From the NCBI GenBank assembly GCA_963804165.1, contig CAWDPO010000011.1:64001-128000 (forward strand): a DNA stretch of 64,000 nt, in the 5' to 3' direction. Below are positions 49,536-58,913 of the stretch, in pieces (position 1 is the stretch's first letter; each line of letters starts with the position of its first letter). Both the position numbers and the translations under genes were made by a program. Source of the DNA: an uncultured delta proteobacterium (GTDB taxonomy: Bacteria; Desulfobacterota; Binatia; UBA9968). The notes under the pieces were generated by a model. That model saw only the letters and a program-made list of their open reading frames with translations, was not told the DNA's origin and ran no database searches.

Positions 49536-50753
49536 GTGGCTGAACTTTATCCTTACCCACGTTTCTCGATCGCTGAGCGCGATCGGCGTTGGCGGGCCGT
49601 GCGCGCGCTGATGCGCGAGCAAAATCTCGATGTGATTGTCACGCCGCAAAACAGCGGCCATTCGGCCGATTATCAAGCCAACACACGTTATCTAACGCAT
49701 TGCGGCGGCGGAGAGCCGGATGTCGCCGCGGTTTTTCCGCTCGAGGGCGATGTCACCGCGATCGCGACTTCGGCGGCGCCGCGCTGGCCGACGGTGCAGG
49801 ATTGGGTAACTGACGTGCGCGAGGCGCGGCGTAACTACGGCCGCGCGATCGTCGAGCGCTTGAAGGAATTGAGCCTCGACCGCGGACGCATCGGCATCAC
49901 CGGCCTCGGCGAAGTCGAGGGCACGCGCACGCCCGAAGGCACGATCTTTTACGGCACGTGGAAGCAAATTCGCGAAGGTTTTCCGCGTGCCCAGCTGGTC
50001 GATGCGACGGCGACCCTCGATGAGGTGCGCTACGTCAAAAGTCAGGAAGAGATCGATGCCCTCGCGAAGTCGATGGAGATCAACGAGCTGGCGATGAAAG
50101 CGGAGACCGAGGCGGCGCAGGTCGGCGTCAAAGATTGGGACGTTTGGGCGGCGGCGCACTACGCGATGACGCGCAACGGTTCCGAGTTGCCGGTTCACTG
50201 CTTCTGGGTGTCGGGGAAAAATCCCAAACGCACGCTGACCCGGCCGAGCATGCGGCTGCTCGAACGCGGTGATGTCATCATCAACGAACTGGAGGCGTCC
50301 TGGATCGGCTATCGCGCGCAGGGTGTGCAGCCGGTGTTCGTGGAAGTGATCGAGCCGATTCAGGCCGAGCTGATCAAAGTGCAAAGAGAGATTTTCAATC
50401 GCGTCATCGAGAGCCTGAAGGCGGGCATCACTGTCGGAGAGTTGGCTGAGCTTACGAAGCGGGCTGCGGAAAGCGCCGCTCCGCGGAGTGGTCCGGCAGC
50501 CGGCGCGCGCGGCGATCTCACCATGCATGGACGCGGCGCGGGCGACGACGGGCCGATCATCACCCCGCACGCGAAAAGCCCGAAGCAACTCGCGGTGGCG
50601 ATGCGCGAGAATATGGTTTTCATTTGTAAACCATCGGCGGTATCGGCGGATGGAGAACACACTTGCCAGTGGGGCGACACCGTCGTGGTGACGAAAACCG
50701 GCGGGCGGCGGCTCGGCAAACGGCCGCATGAGTTGGCGGTTTCCGGCAAATAA
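49536..50753 (+). CDS. M24 (creatinase/Xaa-Pro peptidase fold) hydrolase, paralog of 48136
   Basis: SIAERDRR, RYVKSQEE, MHGRGAGDDGP, FICKP and WGDTVVVT..GGRRLG; GGAGG SD and GTG start. Confidence 0.87.
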   Translation: MAELYPYPRFSIAERDRRWRAVRALMREQNLDVIVTPQNSGHSADYQANTRYLTHCGGGEPDVAAVFPLEGDVTAIATSAAPRWPTVQDWVTDVREARRNYGRAIVERLKELSLDRGRIGITGLGEVEGTRTPEGTIFYGTWKQIREGFPRAQLVDATATLDEVRYVKSQEEIDALAKSMEINELAMKAETEAAQVGVKDWDVWAAAHYAMTRNGSELPVHCFWVSGKNPKRTLTRPSMRLLERGDVIINELEASWIGYRAQGVQPVFVEVIEPIQAELIKVQREIFNRVIESLKAGITVGELAELTKRAAESAAPRSGPAAGARGDLTMHGRGAGDDGPIITPHAKSPKQLAVAMRENMVFICKPSAVSADGEHTCQWGDTVVVTKTGGRRLGKRPHELAVSGK

Positions 50754-50758
50754 CAGCC

Positions 50759-50803
50759 GTTCAAAACGTTCCAATCGTTCAAGACGTTCAAATGGTTAAA
50801 ACC
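50759..50803 (+). repeat. GTTCAA 9-mer tandem array
   Basis: GTTCAAAAC GTTCCAATC GTTCAAGAC GTTCAAATG GTTAAAACC. Confidence 0.75.
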
Positions 50804-50835
50804 CCGGGATCAGGTCACTAAACTGGAGACGCGAA

Positions 50836-51798
50836 ATGCCTTTACTGCTGAGCCGTGATGAATTGAAGCCGCTGCTCGAACTCAACAAAGCGATCGAGCT
50901 CATTGAAGACGCGCACCGCCAGCAAGCGAACGGCCAGATCGTGCCACACGCGCCGTACCACATTCCTCTCGGCATCCATAGTGGACTCCGCATTGTCTCA
51001 GGCGCAGTTCTGGGAGCCCGGCGGGTCGGGGTTCGACTCGGTCCGAACAGCGGTTTGGGCGGCGGTGATAAGATGTATGCCTTGCTGTTCGACGCCGACA
51101 CCGGCGACCTGCTTGCTTTCATGGGTTTTCCTTTCGGCACGGTGAGAACCGCGGCAGTGGTGGCGATCGCGGCAAAACATTTGGCGCGGCAGGACTCGCG
51201 GCGGCTGGGATTATTCGGCGTCGGTAGAAATGCCTTCGCTATTCTCAAAGGGCTGCTTTCAGTCCGTCCAATCAAGGAAATTTACGTTTCGAGCCGTGAT
51301 CCGCAGCGACGAACAAAATTCTGCGAAGAGGGCGAAAAGTTGCTCGGTATCAGCGTTCGCGGAGTCGACAATCCCGAACAAGCCGTGCGCGGCATGGACG
51401 TGGTGTTGACCGCGACGAATTCGCTCACGCCGATTTTTCCCGAAGGTTGGGTGGAGCCGGGCACGCACGTGAGCAGCATGGGCAAGCCCACCGAATTGAG
51501 CCGCGGCTTGCATTTAAAAGCCCATCGCATCGTTGTCGGCAGCCAAGAACAGGAGCGCAATTACGGCGATCGTTCCGCCGCCTTGCCTTTGGTGGAGTTG
51601 ACGGCCGAAGGAAAACTTTCTTGGAGTCGTATTCCGGAATTGGGCGAGCTGGTGACCGGACAAGTTGTCGGCAGAACGAATCGCGACGAGATCAATATCT
51701 TTCGCGAATCCCAAGGCGGTTACGGCGATATGGCGTTTGCGGCGTGGCTTTATGATGAGGCCAAGCAGCGCGGGTTAGGGAAGCAGATGGAACTCTAA
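50836..51798 (+). CDS. Ornithine cyclodeaminase/mu-crystallin family protein
   Basis: LLFDADTG, VRTAA, LFGVGRNA, TATNS and FRESQGGYGDMA motifs. Confidence 0.88.
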   Translation: MPLLLSRDELKPLLELNKAIELIEDAHRQQANGQIVPHAPYHIPLGIHSGLRIVSGAVLGARRVGVRLGPNSGLGGGDKMYALLFDADTGDLLAFMGFPFGTVRTAAVVAIAAKHLARQDSRRLGLFGVGRNAFAILKGLLSVRPIKEIYVSSRDPQRRTKFCEEGEKLLGISVRGVDNPEQAVRGMDVVLTATNSLTPIFPEGWVEPGTHVSSMGKPTELSRGLHLKAHRIVVGSQEQERNYGDRSAALPLVELTAEGKLSWSRIPELGELVTGQVVGRTNRDEINIFRESQGGYGDMAFAAWLYDEAKQRGLGKQMEL

Positions 51799-51808
51799 TT
51801 ATAAAAAC

Positions 51809-51839
51809 GTTCAAAGGTTCAAGCGTTCAAGGTTCAAAG
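51809..51839 (+). repeat. GTTCAA 7/8-mer tandem array
   Basis: GTTCAAAG GTTCAAGC GTTCAAG GTTCAAAG, directly before the GAGGAG SD. Confidence 0.72.
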
Positions 51840-51854
51840 TAAGAGGAGCCGAAT

Positions 51855-52907
51855 ATGAGGCCGAGAAAATTGTTGCCGGTGTTTTGCCTGATCGTTGGAG
51901 TGATGATTGCGCCCGCCACGGTGTTTTCTCAGACAGTCGCGCAGCTCGTTGAGGGCGCAAAAAAAGAAGGGCAACTCGTTCTCAGCTGGGGTACGGGAAC
52001 AATGGGCGGGATCGAGGGCGCGCAGGCCATGGAAAAGGCTTTCAACAAAGCCTACGGCCTGAATCTGGCCTTTAAATACAGTCCCGGACCGGCGATGCCG
52101 CAGTTGGCGAGCCGCATCATTCAAGAAGGAAAAGCCGGCCAGGCGGCGACCAGCGATCTGTTCATCGGTTCGGAAAATCATGTCGTGCGCATGTCCCTGA
52201 AACAACTCGATTGGACGAAGAGTTTTCCGCATATCAGCAAACCCATGGTGGATTGGGACGGACGGGTGTTGATCGTGGTTTCACGCACACCGGGTTTTAC
52301 CTATAACACCACCATGGTCGGCGCCAGCGAAGTGCCCCAGAAAGTCGAAGACGTGCTCAATCCGAAGTGGAAAGGCAAGATTGCGTCGACGCCGTATGCC
52401 GCTTCATTCGATCGTTTGGCGTTGATCTGGGGCGAGGAAAAGACCACGGCGTTTCTGCAAAAGTACGTCAAGCAGGTTGCCGGCCTGATTCGCTGCGGCG
52501 AGGAAGAGCGGGTCGCCAACGGCGAGTTTGCCATTTTGGCCTTCAACTGCGATCTGGCGGACGCCAACGACATGCGCCAGAAGGGCGCGCCGGTCGGTGG
52601 GCGAATTTTTAAGGACGCGGGTATTCTGTCTTATTGGTACCTCGCGGTACCGAGCAATTCCGCCCATCCCAATGCTGCGTCTCTGCTTTCAGCGTTTCTA
52701 TTGACGAAAGAGGGACAGGACATTCTTTGGAAAACGGAGAAGACCAGTTCACACTTGGTCGAGGGAACCAACATGTTTAAGTTCGTCAAAGATCAGGAGC
52801 GGCAAGGCGTCAAGTTCTATGCGAATCCCGTCTCCGAGGTCGTAAAAAACCATGAGAATCAAAGTCGCGTGCGGCAAAAATTCCAGGACATCCTAGCGGG
52901 CAAATAA
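51855..52907 (+). CDS. ABC extracellular solute-binding protein
   Basis: Signal peptide; GAKKEGQL, YNT..PKWKGKI and AHPNAA motifs. Confidence 0.88.
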   Translation: MRPRKLLPVFCLIVGVMIAPATVFSQTVAQLVEGAKKEGQLVLSWGTGTMGGIEGAQAMEKAFNKAYGLNLAFKYSPGPAMPQLASRIIQEGKAGQAATSDLFIGSENHVVRMSLKQLDWTKSFPHISKPMVDWDGRVLIVVSRTPGFTYNTTMVGASEVPQKVEDVLNPKWKGKIASTPYAASFDRLALIWGEEKTTAFLQKYVKQVAGLIRCGEEERVANGEFAILAFNCDLADANDMRQKGAPVGGRIFKDAGILSYWYLAVPSNSAHPNAASLLSAFLLTKEGQDILWKTEKTSSHLVEGTNMFKFVKDQERQGVKFYANPVSEVVKNHENQSRVRQKFQDILAGK

Positions 52908-52908
52908 C

Positions 52909-54609
52909 GTGAAGGGGCGCTGGTTAGTCGTCGGCATATCCGCGGCAGCTTTGATCCCGGTGCTCGGTCTCTTGCTTCTGGTTCTGTGGATGGGCTTTTG
53001 GCAAAACGGGCCGGGCGAGCCGATCGTCTACACGTTGAATCACTATCGCAATATTTTCACCGATTCATTTACCTATAAAACGTTTCTGAACACTATCGGT
53101 TTCGCCGCGACGGCCGTGCTCATTTCGCTCTTCTTCGCGGTGCCTACCGCCTGGTTGGCCGAGCGCACGGATCTGCCGGGGAAAAATCTTATTTTTATGC
53201 TCGTGACTCTCGGCGCGTTGCTGCCGACGTTCTTTACCGCCATGGGCTGGGTGTTTCTACTGCACCCGCGCATCGGCATCATGAATCGTTTCGTCGTCGA
53301 TCTTTTCGGTCTCGATCAGGCGCCGTTCAATATTGCCTCGATCATCGGTATGGGCTGGGTTGAAGGTCTGGGGTTATCCTCCATCGCTTTCATCATGGTC
53401 GTCGCCACTTACCGCACCATGGACCCGTCCCTGGAAGAAGCTGCGCGAGTACACGGGTTGGGAATTTTTCGGACCCTTCGCTACGTGACGCTGCCGCTCA
53501 CTTTTCCCGGCGTCATTGCGGCGTCGATTTATGTTTTCACCATCGCGCTGTCGGCTTTCGAAGTGCCGGCGATCATCGGCATGTCGAATAAGATTTTCAC
53601 CTTCTCCACCTTCATCTTTTACAAAATTCAGCCCTTGGAAGAGCTGCCCAACTATGGCGTGGCGGGCGCCGTGAGCACCGTGCTGATTATCTTGGCGCTC
53701 TTGCTGAGCTGGAGTTATTTTGGCGTCCTGCGATTTTCGAATCGCTATGCGGTGGTCACCGGCAAGGCCTATCGGCCGGGCTTGATCGAGCTCGGGCCCA
53801 AAGGCTGGATTCTCGCTTGGTTGTTTCTCGGTGGTTATTTCCTCGTCGCCAAATTATTGCCTTTCCTCCTGCTTATTTGGGCGGCCCTATTGCGATATTT
53901 TCAGCCGCCGTCATGGGCGGCGCTCAGTCAAGTGTCGCTCAATAATTTCTACGGTTTGCCGTGGAACCTGCTGCTGCAAGGAGCGTGGAATACGTTGTTC
54001 TTGATGCTCGCAGTGCCGACGCTGACGTTACTCATTTGCCTGGCGATCTCCTGGACCATCCTGCGCTCCGGATTGCGCTCCCGGCTGCTTTTCGACGCGG
54101 TAGCTTTTCTGCCCCACGCGGTGCCGCATCTGATTCTAGCGATCGCGACCATGTTCGCGACGTTGTTCCTTTTGCACAATGCTCTTTCACTGTACGGCAG
54201 CCTGACGATTCTCATTTTTGTTTACACGGTGAGCCGCATCAGTTTTGCCACGCGCATACTCAACAACTCGCTGGCGCAAATACATCCGGAGCTCGAGGAA
54301 GCGGCGTTTGTCGGCGGTCTCAAGCTGCTGCAGGTGATGCGCAAGATTCTCGTGCCGCTGCTGAAACCGGCGCTGGTCTACGCGTGGATCTGGATGGCGC
54401 TGCTTTGCTATCGCGAATTAACGATGGCGTCGGTGTTGGTCACCGGTCAGAACAACGTCACCTTGCCGATGGTCGTGTGGGGTTTGTGGCTCGGTGGCAG
54501 CCTGAATCAAGCGGCAGCCGCCAACCTGGTTGTGCTCGCGTTCATGATACCGGCGGTCCTGCTCTATTTCATCTTCGGCCGGCGCAGCCGGGTCTCGGAG
54601 ACCGTGTGA
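52909..54609 (+). CDS. ABC permease, Fe3+/thiamine (FbpB-like) double-domain type
   Basis: Two EAA loops (SLEEAARVHG, ELEEAAFVGG); AWLAERTDLPG. Confidence 0.92.
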   Translation: MKGRWLVVGISAAALIPVLGLLLLVLWMGFWQNGPGEPIVYTLNHYRNIFTDSFTYKTFLNTIGFAATAVLISLFFAVPTAWLAERTDLPGKNLIFMLVTLGALLPTFFTAMGWVFLLHPRIGIMNRFVVDLFGLDQAPFNIASIIGMGWVEGLGLSSIAFIMVVATYRTMDPSLEEAARVHGLGIFRTLRYVTLPLTFPGVIAASIYVFTIALSAFEVPAIIGMSNKIFTFSTFIFYKIQPLEELPNYGVAGAVSTVLIILALLLSWSYFGVLRFSNRYAVVTGKAYRPGLIELGPKGWILAWLFLGGYFLVAKLLPFLLLIWAALLRYFQPPSWAALSQVSLNNFYGLPWNLLLQGAWNTLFLMLAVPTLTLLICLAISWTILRSGLRSRLLFDAVAFLPHAVPHLILAIATMFATLFLLHNALSLYGSLTILIFVYTVSRISFATRILNNSLAQIHPELEEAAFVGGLKLLQVMRKILVPLLKPALVYAWIWMALLCYRELTMASVLVTGQNNVTLPMVVWGLWLGGSLNQAAAANLVVLAFMIPAVLLYFIFGRRSRVSETV

Positions 54610-55694
54610 TTTCCATTGCCGGCTTGAGCAAAAATTTTCGCACCGGCGATCATACGGTGGCGGCGCTGCAAACGATCGATCTGGACGTCGCCCGCGGCGA
54701 GTTTTTCGTTCTGCTCGGGCCAAGTGGGTCGGGAAAGACGACACTGCTGCGCAGCGTCGCCGGTCTCGAAAAGCCTGATGAGGGAGAAATCTCGCTCAAT
54801 GACAAGACAGTCTTTTCTCGTAGCCGGCGCGTTTGCGCCGCGCCCGAGGAGCGCGAGATCGGCATGGTTTTTCAGTCCTATGCGATTTGGCCGCACCTGA
54901 CGGTGGCGGAAAACATCGGTTTGGTGCTCACTCACGGCCGTTCGCGTTTGTCGAAGAAAGACGCCCGGGAGCGAATTCGCCGCAGCCTCACCCTGGTTCA
55001 GCTGGAAAATTTTGAAGATCGTCCGGCGCGTCTGCTGAGCGGCGGCCAGCAGCAAAGGGTGGCGCTGGCGCGTGCGCTGGCGGTCAACCCCGCGCTGCTC
55101 TTGATGGACGAGCCGCTGAGCAATCTGGACGCGCGGCTGAGAGAAGAAGTGCGGTCGAATATCAAGAAACTGGCCACCCAGCTCGGCATAACGGTTCTTT
55201 ATGTCACCCATGATCAGGTCGAGGCGATGGTGCTCGCCGACCGAATTGCCGTCATGGCGCAGGGCAAGATTCTCCAGATCGGCAATCCGTTCGAGCTCTA
55301 TCGTAGCCCGGCCAATGCGCTAGTGGCGGAGTTTTTCGGTTCGATCAATTGGATACGCGGCAAGATGCTGGATGCCAATCGCGTCAAGACGGAATGCGGA
55401 GTCTTATGGGTAGCCGATTCGCGTAGTTGTGATGGCGCCGTGATCGTGGGCATACGACCCGAAGACGTCCGGTTGGGGCGATCTTCCAATGATGACGAAA
55501 ATCGGATAGAGGGGAAAGTGATGAGTTCGACGTTTTTGGGCGATCAGGTCGTTGCCGAAGTGAAGATCAACGAACGGACTTTGATCGCGAAAATGTCGCC
55601 CGACGACGGCAAACCTGAGGGAACCACGATGGTTCATCTGCCGAAAGGTAAACTCGTGGTTTTTCCGGATGTTTCGGAGCGGCTATCCCAGTGA
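54606..55694 (+). CDS. ABC ATP-binding protein (FbpC/PotA-like, TOBE domain)
   Basis: GPSGSGKT, LSGGQQQR, DEPLSNLD and YVTHDQ motifs; GTGA overlap with the permease stop. Confidence 0.94.
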   Translation: MISIAGLSKNFRTGDHTVAALQTIDLDVARGEFFVLLGPSGSGKTTLLRSVAGLEKPDEGEISLNDKTVFSRSRRVCAAPEEREIGMVFQSYAIWPHLTVAENIGLVLTHGRSRLSKKDARERIRRSLTLVQLENFEDRPARLLSGGQQQRVALARALAVNPALLLMDEPLSNLDARLREEVRSNIKKLATQLGITVLYVTHDQVEAMVLADRIAVMAQGKILQIGNPFELYRSPANALVAEFFGSINWIRGKMLDANRVKTECGVLWVADSRSCDGAVIVGIRPEDVRLGRSSNDDENRIEGKVMSSTFLGDQVVAEVKINERTLIAKMSPDDGKPEGTTMVHLPKGKLVVFPDVSERLSQ

Positions 55695-55731
55695 ACCAAA
55701 GAACTAAGAGAGGTAGAAAGGAGAAATCATT

Positions 55732-56559
55732 ATGGGCGGTAACATGAATGCTAATGGCGATGTCCATCATTTGGACCACTTTGTCGTCGCGGTGATGAAT
55801 CCGGAGCGGGCGGAAAAATTTTACACCGAAGTCATGGGCGCGCGCACTTTGAAGTATGAAAACTCACCCAACATGACGCGGGTCTTCATGAAGCTCGGCG
55901 AAAACCACGTCGGCCTTTTCTCCCAGGGGAAGGCGACACTGCCGAAGCGGGAGAGCGCCAACTCCTACCCGCGACATTCCTTTCAGGTGCCTGAGAGCGA
56001 ATACGACCCGATGGTCGCGAAGATTCGCCGCGAATGTTCCTTCGTGAGAGACATCAAGAATGAAAACGGCCTCGGCTGCTCTTGGAGCGATGGTTTGGTT
56101 TTTCAGGACTCCGAGGGAAATTTCATCGAAATTACAAAAACGACGGGTATCAGCAAGACTCGCCTGCATCACCTTCATTTCGATACCACGGATCTGGACG
56201 CCAGCGTGGATTTCTATAAACGATTTTTAAATTGCACCGTGCAGGAGCGTAAGAATGGCTTGGCCGCTGTCACCGTGCCGTCCGGGCAATGCGTGATTCT
56301 CAACCAGGTGGACGAACTAAGCGAGGTGACAAAGACGACATACCGCGGCCGCCACTTTGCTTTTAATGTGAGCAATGACAACTTCCACGCCATCGTGGAA
56401 AAACTTCATGCGGCTGGCATCGAGGAGCGCGACGAGCACGGCGAGCGCGAGGGACGCCGGCCGGAGCAGCTGGGCACGTACTTCAAAGAGCCGAGCGGTT
56501 TTCGTCTGCAGATCACCAACGAAGACTCGGCCGAGTTTGCCCGGCACGCGAGCGATTGA
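55732..56559 (+). CDS. Two-domain VOC family protein
   Basis: LDHFVVAV, DSEGNFIE, LHHLHF and HFAF motifs; AAGGAG SD. Confidence 0.87.
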   Translation: MGGNMNANGDVHHLDHFVVAVMNPERAEKFYTEVMGARTLKYENSPNMTRVFMKLGENHVGLFSQGKATLPKRESANSYPRHSFQVPESEYDPMVAKIRRECSFVRDIKNENGLGCSWSDGLVFQDSEGNFIEITKTTGISKTRLHHLHFDTTDLDASVDFYKRFLNCTVQERKNGLAAVTVPSGQCVILNQVDELSEVTKTTYRGRHFAFNVSNDNFHAIVEKLHAAGIEERDEHGEREGRRPEQLGTYFKEPSGFRLQITNEDSAEFARHASD

Positions 56560-56607
56560 TTGCGCGCGGGTGTGATATCGCCAAGCATGTATGATTCACC
56601 CCCACTC

Positions 56608-56637
56608 TTACTCTCCCCCCGTCAAGGGGGAGAGTAA
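56608..56637. repeat. REP-like hairpin or terminator between convergent genes
   Basis: TTACTCTCCCCC-CGTCAA-GGGGGAGAGTAA. Confidence 0.65.
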
Positions 56638-56728
56638 CGGAGTTCGGAAGCCGGCCAATCCGTGCGGAAGGCTCGTGCCCGACTGCATAGTATCAGCGTA
56701 AAAATCTATTTCGGCAAAGACGTTTGGA

Positions 56729-57756
56729 TTAGTTCCCCAGGACTTTTTTCATTCTCTCGATGACCGCCGGCGATTGCGCCATGACTTCCTTAGCGAGTTT
56801 TTCCATTTCCTCGCCGGCGACCGGTTCCAATTCGTAACTCCTTTTCTCGGCTTCTACTTTGAGCTCGGGGTCCTTGAGCGCGCTGGCGAACGCGCTGCGG
56901 AGAATTTTGAGCCGGTCAGGCGCTATGCCGGCGGGCCCCACCATGGGACGGCCAAAGACGCCGCCGGCGAGAATGACGGCGGCGACGCGGCGAGATTGAT
57001 CCGGTGTCTTGTACTGGTCCATTAACTCGTAGATCGTCGGCGTATCCGGCAGGCGCGGATCGCGTTTGCGCGCCGACTGCGCGATGCTTCTGACGAAATT
57101 GTTCTTGCGCCACGTATGAAACGGCTCGCGCGCAAAGAAAGATTCGATGGTCATGGCGCGGCAGTGGATCTCGCCTTTTTCCACGGCGAGATCGATCGGC
57201 CCGCCGCCTTGATAGCCGAGCACGATGGTAAACTTGGCGCCGACCGTTTCCTCCAGCAGCTTGGGAAAATAGTAACCGGTCCCAGTCGCGCCGCCGGAAC
57301 CGCATTTGGGCGGCTCGCTGGCTTTGCGAATATCCTCGATGGTTTTGTACGGACTATCGGCGCGCATATAGAGCTGGTGTTCGCTCTCCGACGGCGAGCC
57401 TATGAAACTATACTTGCTCCAATCGTATTGGACTTCTTTGCGCCCGACGATCTGATCGAAGTAGAGAGTGGGGGCTATCCAGCCAAGCGTAAGTCCATCC
57501 GGCTTAGCGACAGAGAATACATAATTGGCCGCGATCATCGAGCTGGCTCCCGGCATATTCTGAATGACAAAATTCGGATTGCCGGGGATGTATTTCGTCA
57601 TGTGTTGAGCGATGAGCCGCGGCCACAGATCGTTGACGTCGCCGGCGGGGTAGCCGGTGACGATCCGAATGGTCTTGCCTTGAAAGTACGGCGTCTGAGC
57701 CTGTACGACAAAAATCTCAAGAAGAAAAAAGAAACCGCTAAAAACAGCGTCTTCAT
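56729..57756 (-). CDS. TctC/Bug family substrate-binding protein; frameshift at ~57718
   Basis: AGGAG SD, MKTLFLAV..; QTPYFQGKTIRIV..YIPGNP..QNMPGA, KPDGLT. Confidence 0.88.
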
Positions 57757-57967
57757 GGTTATTCTCCTAAACTGTGCAGACCAGCGAATCTCCGCAGGCG
57801 ATGGAAACATTCCCAGCATCGCCCTCTTATTACAAAGGGGTCCGGGTGGTCAATCGCAATCGACCTGCGTCTGGGGGATGCTTGATGAGCGCAATCTCTT
57901 GACGCCGTACCATGATTCAACTAGCCTGCCTGCGGTTTGGGAGTTTAGTTTTAAGACGGAGGCAAGT

Positions 57968-58876
57968 ATGAAGGCGAGAATAGGTTTCTTCGTTCCGTTA
58001 TTTGCGGCTCTCTTATGCGCGGGACTCGCGGCGCAGGCTCAGGATCTCGGTCCGGGGTTTCACAAGATCAAGGAGGGTATCTACACTTTCGCGCCGGACC
58101 AGGCTACGACCACATGCAGCTTTGTGGTCACGGAGGCGGGTATCGTGATGATCGATAGCTGCAACAGCCCCTTGGACTCGCGTCGGATGGCGGCGGCGAT
58201 CAAAAAAGTGACCGACAAACCGATTATGTTCCTGATCGATACCGAGACACACTCCGACCATACCGCTAACCATTTTATCTTTTCGCCGCCGGCGACGGTG
58301 ATCAACGCTGAAGGCGCGGCAGCCGGGATGAGAAAAGAGTACAATCCCAAACGCGCCGAAACCCTCGCGGCGAAATCCGCCGAGCTTCGCGAAGCGGTGA
58401 AGGGCGAAAAAATGATCGTGCCGCATATCGAGTACAAAGATCGCATGACGATCAACCTCGGTGAGCGGACTTTCGAATTGATCTATCTGAAAAATGCACA
58501 CAGCTTCGCCGACACGGCCATCTGGATGCCGAAGGAACGGGTCCTGTTCGCGTCATCGGCGGCCAACGTGCGCACGTTCATTAATCTGCGGCCGACGGTG
58601 GTGCTGCCCGATGTCATCGCCAGCTACAAGCTGATGAAGTCGCTCAATCCGGAGGTGGTGATCGCCGGCCATGGGCAGCCTACAACGACGATCATCTTCG
58701 ACGAATACGAGGGATTCTATAATCTTCTGATGAAGCGGGTTGGCGAAATGGCGGCGCAAGGAAAATCCCTAGACGAAATCAAAAAAGAACTGAAGATGCC
58801 GGAATACGCTGACTGGCAGGGCCAAGACCGATTGGCCGTCAATATAGACGCGGCTTACAAGTCGGTAAAAAAATAG
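57968..58876 (+). CDS. Exported MBL-fold metallo-hydrolase
   Basis: Signal peptide; TETHSDHT, AHS..D and IAGHG motifs; GGAGG SD. Confidence 0.85.
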   Translation: MKARIGFFVPLFAALLCAGLAAQAQDLGPGFHKIKEGIYTFAPDQATTTCSFVVTEAGIVMIDSCNSPLDSRRMAAAIKKVTDKPIMFLIDTETHSDHTANHFIFSPPATVINAEGAAAGMRKEYNPKRAETLAAKSAELREAVKGEKMIVPHIEYKDRMTINLGERTFELIYLKNAHSFADTAIWMPKERVLFASSAANVRTFINLRPTVVLPDVIASYKLMKSLNPEVVIAGHGQPTTTIIFDEYEGFYNLLMKRVGEMAAQGKSLDEIKKELKMPEYADWQGQDRLAVNIDAAYKSVKK

Positions 58877-58913
58877 GCTGTCGTTGCAGTTGAGCGCGAA
58901 ATAACTTGTTCTC

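Noticed and set aside
49692-50774. Long antisense ORFs (360 aa here; also 38043-38924, 42875-43666, 61082-61918)
   Set aside because: They lie opposite well-supported genes and have no motifs, as expected from GC-rich codon bias.
53961-54605. N-terminal extension of the ABC ATPase ORF
   Set aside because: It overlaps the permease out of frame; the real start is the GTG at 54606.
57116-57967. N-terminal extension of the 586-aa ORF as a fusion domain
   Set aside because: It is the antisense shadow of the minus-strand TctC; SD, ATG and signal peptide begin at 57968.
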